The position numbers and the translations under genes are program-made. A DNA stretch of 64,000 bases from Nemertoderma westbladi (lineage: Eukaryota; Animalia; Xenacoelomorpha), in the NCBI GenBank assembly GCA_032718475.1, contig JAUCBJ010000742.1, positions 62,001 through 126,000 of the forward strand, in the 5' to 3' direction. The notes below the pieces were generated by a model. It was not told where the DNA came from. It ran no database searches and worked only from the letters and a program-made list of their open reading frames with translations. Positions 56,840 through 64,000 of this stretch are shown here, one piece after another (position 1 is the stretch's first letter; the number at the start of each line of letters is the position of its first letter).

Positions 56840-57540
56840 ATCGTACGTATATTAGAACAACTAGCATTATTGATGCTATAAGTTGACAGCACACGATTAC
56901 TGGACTACATAAACATAAAACATTGTCAGCTCCAGCGCCAATAGAAAATATACAATTCTCAGATGCACAATGCATAAAGAAATAACAACATATATTATAC
57001 ATCATAGATTTGAGTAGTTACAATTATATTGATATAGGTTAAGTTACATATTCGATTATAGCAATAACAATATATTTCTAAGTTTGGTAGCCTTACTAAT
57101 AAAGATAGATAGATTTTTTACTTCAGATCTGGACTGGGATGATAATAATTTGCGGTACTTAAAAACGGATGGAAATAATTGATAATACATTTTAATAAAT
57201 TCTATTCTTAGTTCTCTGTATGCGGGACAAATCAGTAAAAAATGAAGTTCATCCTCAATTTCTCCAGAGTTACAGATTCGACACAATCTCTCGGAAGGCT
57301 CCTGTCGCTCCCACCGGCCTACCTCCACTTGCAACCTGTGGCTTGAGCACCTCAGGCGGGCTAGCGCCAGCTTTAAGGAGGGGAAACTTTTCAGAGAGTT
57401 CAAATACAGTTCTGTACCAAACCGATCTTTAATGTAGAGTCTCCCCTTAGGTGACCCGTTTATATTTGCCCACCAGGCCTGTACGAACTGGTCAGATAAA
57501 ATCCGTTTGACTAATCCTAAAAACTATTTCGATCCTCAAC
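56840..57540 (-). mobile_element. Non-LTR retrotransposon fragment: ORF2 C-terminus with CCHC zinc finger plus part of the 3' UTR (RTEX-like, clade tentative)
   Basis: Minus frame ~57523 to stop at 57056: LVKRILSDQFVQAWWANINGSPKGRLY..FGTELYL..ARLRCSSHRLQVEVGRW..RLCRIC..IEDELHFLLICPAYRELR. This is the typical post-RT C-terminal region of invertebrate LINE ORF2. Confidence 0.85.
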
Positions 57541-60202
57541 CTCTCACTGTATTCCCTTTACTTTATGTCCCGCACTTTATTCCTTTTACTTTATGTCTCG
57601 CTCTGTATTTCTTTACTTTATATCCCGCACTGTATTCCCTTTACTTTATGTCCCGCTCTGTATTTATTGACTTTATATCCCGCAATGTATTCCCTCTACT
57701 TTATACCCTCACTGTATTCCCTTTACTATATTTCCCGCCCTGTATTTCTTTACTTTATGTCCCGCACTGTATTTCTTTACTTTATGTCCCGCACTGTATT
57801 TCTTTTACTTTATGTCCCGCAATGTATTCCCTTTGCTTTATGTCCCGCAATGTATTCCCTCTACATTATACCCTCACTGTATTCCCTTTACTATATTTCC
57901 CGCGCTGTATTTCTTTACTTTATGTCCCGCAATGTATTCCCTTTACTTTATGTTCCGCAATGTATTCCATTTTCTTTATGTTCCGCCTTGTATTTCTTTA
58001 CTATATGTCCCGCCCTGTATTTCTTTACTATATGTCCCGCCTTGTATTTCTTTACTTTATGTCCCGCCATGTATTTCTTTAGTTTATGTCCTGCACTGTA
58101 TTCCCTTTACTTTATGTCCCGCACTGTATTCCCTTTACTTTATGTTCCGCCTTGTATTTCTTTACTATATGTCCCGCACTGTATGCCCTTTACTTTATGT
58201 CCCGCACTGTATTCCCTTTACTTTATGTTCCGCCTTGTATTTCTTTACTATATGTCCCGCACTGTATGCCCTTTACTTTATGTCCCGCACTGTATTCCCT
58301 TTACTTTATGTCCCGCACTGTATTCCCTTTACTTTATGTTCCGCCTTGTATTTCTTTACTATATGTCCCGCACTGTATGCCCTTTACTTTATGTCCCGCA
58401 CTGTATTCCCTTTACTTTATGTCCCGCACTGTATTCCCTTTACTTTATGTTCCGCCTTGTATTTCTTTACTATATGTCCCGCCTTGTATTTCTTTACTTT
58501 ATGTCCCGCCATGTATTTCTTTAGTTTATGTCCTGCACTGTATTCCCTTTACTTTATGTCCCGCACTGTATTCCCTTTACTTTATGTTCCGCCTTGTATT
58601 TCTTTACTATATGTCCCACCCTGTATTTCTTTACGAAATATATTTCCCGCCCTGTATTTCTTTACTTTATGTCCCGCACTTTATTCCCTTTACTTTATTT
58701 CCCGCACTGTATTCCCTTTACTTTATGTCCCGCACTGTATTTCTTTTCTTTATAACCCGCAATGTATTCCCTTTACCTTATGTCCCGCACTGTATTCCCT
58801 TTACTTTATGTCCTGCAATGTATTTCTTTACTTTATGTACCGCACTGTATTTCTTTACTATATGTCCCGCCCTGTATTTCTTTACTATATTTCCCGCCCT
58901 GTATTTCTTTACTTTATGTCCCGCACTGTATTCCCTTTACTTTATGTCCCGCAATGTATTTCTTTACTTTATGTACCTCTCAGCATATATTTTTACTACA
59001 ATATGTCCCGCCCTGTATTTCTTTACTATATTTCCCGCCCTATATTTCTTTACTTTATGTCCCGCACTGTATACCCTTTACTTTATGTCCCGCACTGTAT
59101 TCCCTTTACTATATGTCCCGCCCAGTATTCCCTTTACTTTATGTCCCGCTCTGTATTTCTTTATTTTATGTCCCGCATTGTATTCTCTTTACTTTATGTC
59201 CTGCACTGTATTCCCTTTACTTTATGTCCCGCACTGTATTCCCTTTACTTTATGTCCCGCACTGTATTCCCTTTACTTTATGTCCCGCAATGTATTTCTT
59301 TACTTTATGTACCTCTCAGTATATATTTTTACTACAATATGTCCCGCCCTGTATTTCTTTACTTTATGTCCCGCACTGTATTCCCTTTACTTTATGTTCC
59401 GCCTTGTATTTCTTTACTATATGTCCCACCCTGTATTTCTTTACGAAATATATTTCCCGCCCTGTATTTCTTTACTTTATGTCCCGCACTTTATTCCCTT
59501 TACTTTATTTCCCGCACTGTATTCCCTTTACTTTATGTCCCGCACTGTATTTCTTTTCTTTATAACCCGCAATGTATTCCCTTTACCTTATGTCCCGCAC
59601 TGTATTCCCTTTACTTTATGTCCTGCAATGTATTTCTTTACTTTATGTACCGCACTGTATTTCTTTACTATATGTCCCGCCCTGTATTTCTTTACTATAT
59701 TTCCCGCCCTGTATTTCTTTACTTTATGTCCCGCACTGTATTCCCTTTACTTTATGTCCCGCAATGTATTTCTTTACTTTATGTACCTCTCAGCATATAT
59801 TTTTACTACAATATGTCCCGCCCTGTATTTCTTTACTATATTTCCCGCCCTATATTTCTTTACTTTATGTCCCGCACTGTATACCCTTTACTTTATGTCC
59901 CGCACTGTATTCCCTTTACTATATGTCCCGCCCAGTATTCCCTTTACTTTATGTCCCGCTCTGTATTTCTTTATTTTATGTCCCGCATTGTATTCTCTTT
60001 ACTTTATGTCCTGCACTGTATTCCCTTTACTTTATGTCCCGCACTGTATTCCCTTTACTTTATGTCCCGCACTGTATTCCCTTTACTTTATGTCCCGCAA
60101 TGTATTTCTTTACTTTATGTACCTCTCAGTATATATTTTTACTACAATATGTCCCGCCCTGTATTTCTTTACTTTATGTCCCGCACTGTATTCCCTTTAC
60201 TT
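57541..60202. repeat. 27/28-bp minisatellite, right part, with an 810-bp higher-order tandem duplication (~58547-60202)
   Basis: Same unit as 56437-56839. ORFs at 58762 and 59572 share their N-terminal sequence. Markers TACCTCTCAGCATAT and TTACGAAATATATTT recur at offset 810. Confidence 0.97.
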
Positions 60203-63045
60203 CCGTCAGCGGTGTCATGGGTGATTTTAACTTTCATGTTGATGTCTGCGATAACAAGGATGCCGCCGAGTTTCTTGACATTTTAAATTGCTTTGGATTG
60301 GTACAGTTAGTAAATCAACCAACCCACATAAAGGGCCATACACTAGATCTGGTGCTAGTACACACTGACGACCAGAATATCGTTTGCAACGTTTTTGTAC
60401 GAAATATACGTTTATCCGACCACTTTGCAGTCTACTTTAACTTGAATTTCACTAAACCAGCCGATATATCACAGACAATAAGTTACCGAAATATAAGTAA
60501 AATAAACGGTAATCTGTTTTTGGAGGATTTAAAACATTCACCAGTATGCGACTCTCCTTCTGGTGATATTAATGGAGTTATTAAAATGTATAATGATAAC
60601 CTAATGAACATACTCGATAAACACGCCCCATTACAAACAAAAACTGTTTCCATGAGGCCGAAGGCAAATTGGTACACTGATGAGATTAACGACGCAAAAA
60701 GAAAACGCAGAAGATTGGAGCGCCGATATCGAAAGACGAATAGCTGTGCTGATTGTATCGCCTATCGCCTACAGTGCACGGTGGTTGCCAATACCATAGC
60801 GTCAGCAAAAGAGACATATTATAGTAACATTATAAAGAATAATGCAGGTGATCAACGAAAACTATTTTCAGTGGCTGCCAAAATACTTCATCGTAAAAAC
60901 AAAAGTACATTGCCTTCACACGAGGATGATGAAAAGTTGGCGAACAGGTTTATGGAATTCTTTGACAAGAAAATAAAGGATATTAGATATGACTTATTAT
61001 CTGGAAATGGCGGTTCTACTTCACGGGGCGTTGATGATCTGGGGGCTCCTACGGAGGGCGCTATCAAACTGGGTGTTCCTACGGGGGGCGCTACTGAATT
61101 GGGCATTCCTACGGTGGGTGATACTGGACTGGGCTCCTACAGGGGAATCATCCGACCAGGGCGTTCCTACGGGGGGAGCATCTGACCTGGGCATTCCTAC
61201 AGGGGGTGCTGCTGGACTGGGTGTTTCTACGGGGGGTGCAACTGGACTGGGCGTTCCTACGGGGGGCTCATCTGAACTGGGCATTCCTATTGGGGGACCA
61301 TCTGACCTGGGCATTCTTACGGGTGAAGCATCGGATCTGGGTGTTCCTACAGGGGGCGCTAGTGAACTGGGCGTTCCTATGGGGGGCGCAACCAACCTGG
61401 GCATTCCTACGGGGGGTGTTACTGGACTGGGCGCTCCTATGGGGGGGGGGGGGGGCTACTGAACTGGGCATTCATACGGGGGCCGCTACGGGACTGGGCA
61501 TTCCTACGGGGTGCGCAACTAACCTAGGCATTCCTACGGGGGGCGCTACGGGACTGGGCGTTCCTACGGGTATGGGGGGCGCAACCAACGGTAAAGGAAA
61601 CAATATTCCCAAATTGGAACACTTTAATAAAATAACAATGGATGAGGCAGAAAAGCTAATAAAGAACTCAAAATCTAAATCTAGTACCATGGATCCGATT
61701 CCCACGCAATTAGTAAAACATTCAATAAAATTGTTGCTACCAGTGATTATGTTAATTATTAATTTATCAATTACAACTGCTACTGTGCCGACTCTATTCA
61801 AGGAAGCTGTGTTAACACCAGTCATAAAGAAAGCACGATTAAACCCTGAGATACTTAGGAACTTTAGGCCGGTGTCTAATCTGATATATTTAGCAAAGTT
61901 AACAGAAAGGGTGATTGCAAACCAGCTGATGACTCATATGAACATAAATAAATTGTATGAACCTTTACAGAGCGCGTACAGACCCTTACACGGAACGGAG
62001 ACCGCGTTGCTTAAGGTAAGCGACGACATATTACGCGAAATCGATTCGGGATCGGGAGTACTTCTCGTCTTATTAGACCTTAGTGCTGCCTTCGACACGG
62101 TCGACCACGTTAAACTGTTGGACACTCTAGATCGAGAAATGGGGGTTGAGGGAATCGCCCTGGAATGGTTCAGATCGTACTTGTCGAATAGGTCACAACA
62201 GGTTCGCATTAATGCAAAATATTCGAACCGGTTGGATTTGCTGTACGGGCTGCCACAAGGATCGGTACTTGGGCCTATATTATTTTCGATATACACTCGT
62301 TCGCTTTCAAATGTTATTCGCAACCACGGCCTCTCGTATCATTTGTACGCGGACGATACACAGCTATACATTAGTTTTAAACCTATTAATTCGTCCGTCG
62401 CTGTTGAGGTGACTGAACGTTGCGTGGCCGATGTAAAGAAGTGGATGGAAGATAATTTATTGAAAATGAACTCAGATAAAACGGAGATTATCCTTCTGCA
62501 GTCCCGTTTCGGTAAACAACTAACGCCCCCTAACATACAAATAGGGGATGACCTGATCAGCTGCAGCGACAAGGCACGTAATATAGGTTTCATCGTGGAT
62601 TCAAATCTGACATACAGCAATCAAATAAGTACAACGGTCCGAGATGCATTTCTTCATCTTCGAAGTTTGGCTAAAATTAAACGGTACCTCAGCAGACATG
62701 ACCTTGAAATCTTAATTCACGCCTTTGTCACAAACAAACTCGACAGCAACAACTCATTATATTATGGATTACCCTCGAAGTCAATCAAAAAATTACAATA
62801 TGTACAGAATTCCGCAGCGCGACTGCTAGAGGGCGTTAAGAAACAAGAGCACATCACTCCAGTGCCAGTCCTTAAACGTTTGCATTGGTTACCTGTAAAT
62901 TTACGGATCAAATTTAAAATAGCTTTGTTGACATTCAAGTGTTTACATGGTGCTGCTCCTGCCTACTTGACCCATTTAATAACTCCCTATGTACCTCCAC
63001 GACAATTACGGTCTGCTGATAAGGGACTTCTATTTGTACCTGTAA
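60203..63045 (+). mobile_element. L2/CR1-group LINE ORF2 (C-terminal half of APE endonuclease + reverse transcriptase), truncated at both ends and frameshifted
   Basis: EN motifs MGDFNFHVD, QPTHIKGHTLDLV, LSDHFAV. RT motifs NFRPVSNL, QSAYRPLHGTETAL, LLDLSAAFDTVDH, GLPQGSVLGP, YADD (62346-62357). C-terminal HITP..L..LHWLP..RIKFKI..APAYL..LRS. Frameshifts at ~61133 and ~61441-61455. Similarity stops after LLFVP. Confidence 0.95.
61024..61589 (+). repeat. 30-bp minisatellite inside LINE ORF2 encoding (LGIPTGGATG)n-like decapeptides, ~18 copies
   Basis: Unit CTGGGCATTCCTACGGGGGGCGCTACTGGA with variants. Decapeptide runs are visible in ORFs 59572+, 60989+ and 61206+. Confidence 0.92.
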
Positions 63046-64000
63046 AAGCTTTTGTGGGATAACTGATACGTTTGCCTTTGCTGGCCAGTTCCCCCCCAGT
63101 CGCTAGAATACTCTCAAAGGGATTTATAACTAAAATAGTGCAAGCTACCAGCTTATTGGCTGATGTGCTGTACGGAGATATCTGGGCTCAGTTTAATCGG
63201 CCAACTAGCTTAGAGAGGTTGCCTTAGCCTTGCTGTTCGTGTCGGCCAATAGAATTTGCGTAGGCGTTGATTTCGACCTATCCCAGCGTTACTGAACTGA
63301 ATTTCCTATCTCTATGCTCATCCTCTGTGTTGAACGGGGCTTCGTGGAATAAGAGTTTTTGGTATACTCGTATAGTGGTAGTAGTCATATGATTTTATAT
63401 GATTCTGTTGTTGTGTTCCCATTTTCGCCATAACACCGGCTTTTGGGAAGAACTCTAGTAAACTGCTTAAATTATCGAAAGTATAAACTGTTACCGAACG
63501 AACTCACTAACTCACTCAATTTAACTGCATTAATCATATTGTTTGTACTGTTATTTACCGTCAGTTATTAATTGTACCTATTTGTTGATGGAAATATTGC
63601 TCTTTGGATAATACGGATAAATCACCCAAATTTCCCAATTTTCTTGATACACTACAGGTTAGAGAGACCGGCTATACATAACAATTGCGATTTATATTAA
63701 TGTGGTGTGTATTGAATCTAATGTTATTTAGCAGACCCTACATGAGTCAATTGCTGCTCTCTTTATGTGTGATCAAATTTACTGACGGTCGGCAGAATAG
63801 TGTGCATGATTGTGATTGGTAACAAAGTATTTCCTAAAGAATGCGCTTTATACTTTAATCATAAGCAGTATCGTTGCGTTTAGTATAAGTCCTAGTTCTG
63901 TTTAAATAGATAGAGCGCCACGTCCTAAAGGAACTGTTAATATTTCCCGAAAGCCAATAATATTTGTCAGAAATTAATTATTAACGATCTATCGAATAAT

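Noticed and set aside
56421-60286. Hydrophobic 300-800-aa ORFs (…VFPLLYVPHCIPFTLCPALY…)
   Set aside because: All three + frames give the same permuted peptide from the 27/28-bp minisatellite. The apparent fusion to LINE endonuclease in ORF 59572 is fortuitous.
63640-63690. Possible acceptor (…ACACTACAG|GTTAGAG) for the next exon
   Set aside because: The phase-0 frame hits a stop after seven codons and shows no CAMTA similarity.

Overview
Animal (probably invertebrate) nuclear DNA, not prokaryotic. Bases 1-50576 are one head-to-tail satellite of a 31/32-bp monomer (consensus GGACAGGTGAGATATTGGTAAACTACAACCCA, roughly 1,600 copies). It has sub-domains and a ~15.4-kb higher-order duplication. 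About 330 bp after its sharp end lies a 153-nt AG/GT-bounded exon (50909-51061, +) resembling the segment before and including the first IQ motif of CAMTA (calmodulin-binding transcription activator). The satellite therefore most likely sits in a giant CAMTA intron, and nearly every monomer carries a sense-strand 5' splice-site motif (CAG|GTGAGA). The remaining 13 kb is repeat-rich presumptive intron: an 891-bp TA-flanked foldback MITE, inverted transposon-like remnants, two G-rich 42-bp minisatellites, a 27/28-bp minisatellite split by a tail-less LINE fragment, and a doubly truncated L2/CR1-group retrotransposon whose ORF2 linker carries a 30-bp codon-phased repeat. Almost all listed ORFs are artefacts of tandem repeats. 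No CRISPR array, rRNA or tRNA was seen. All alignments were done by eye, so boundaries and counts are approximate.
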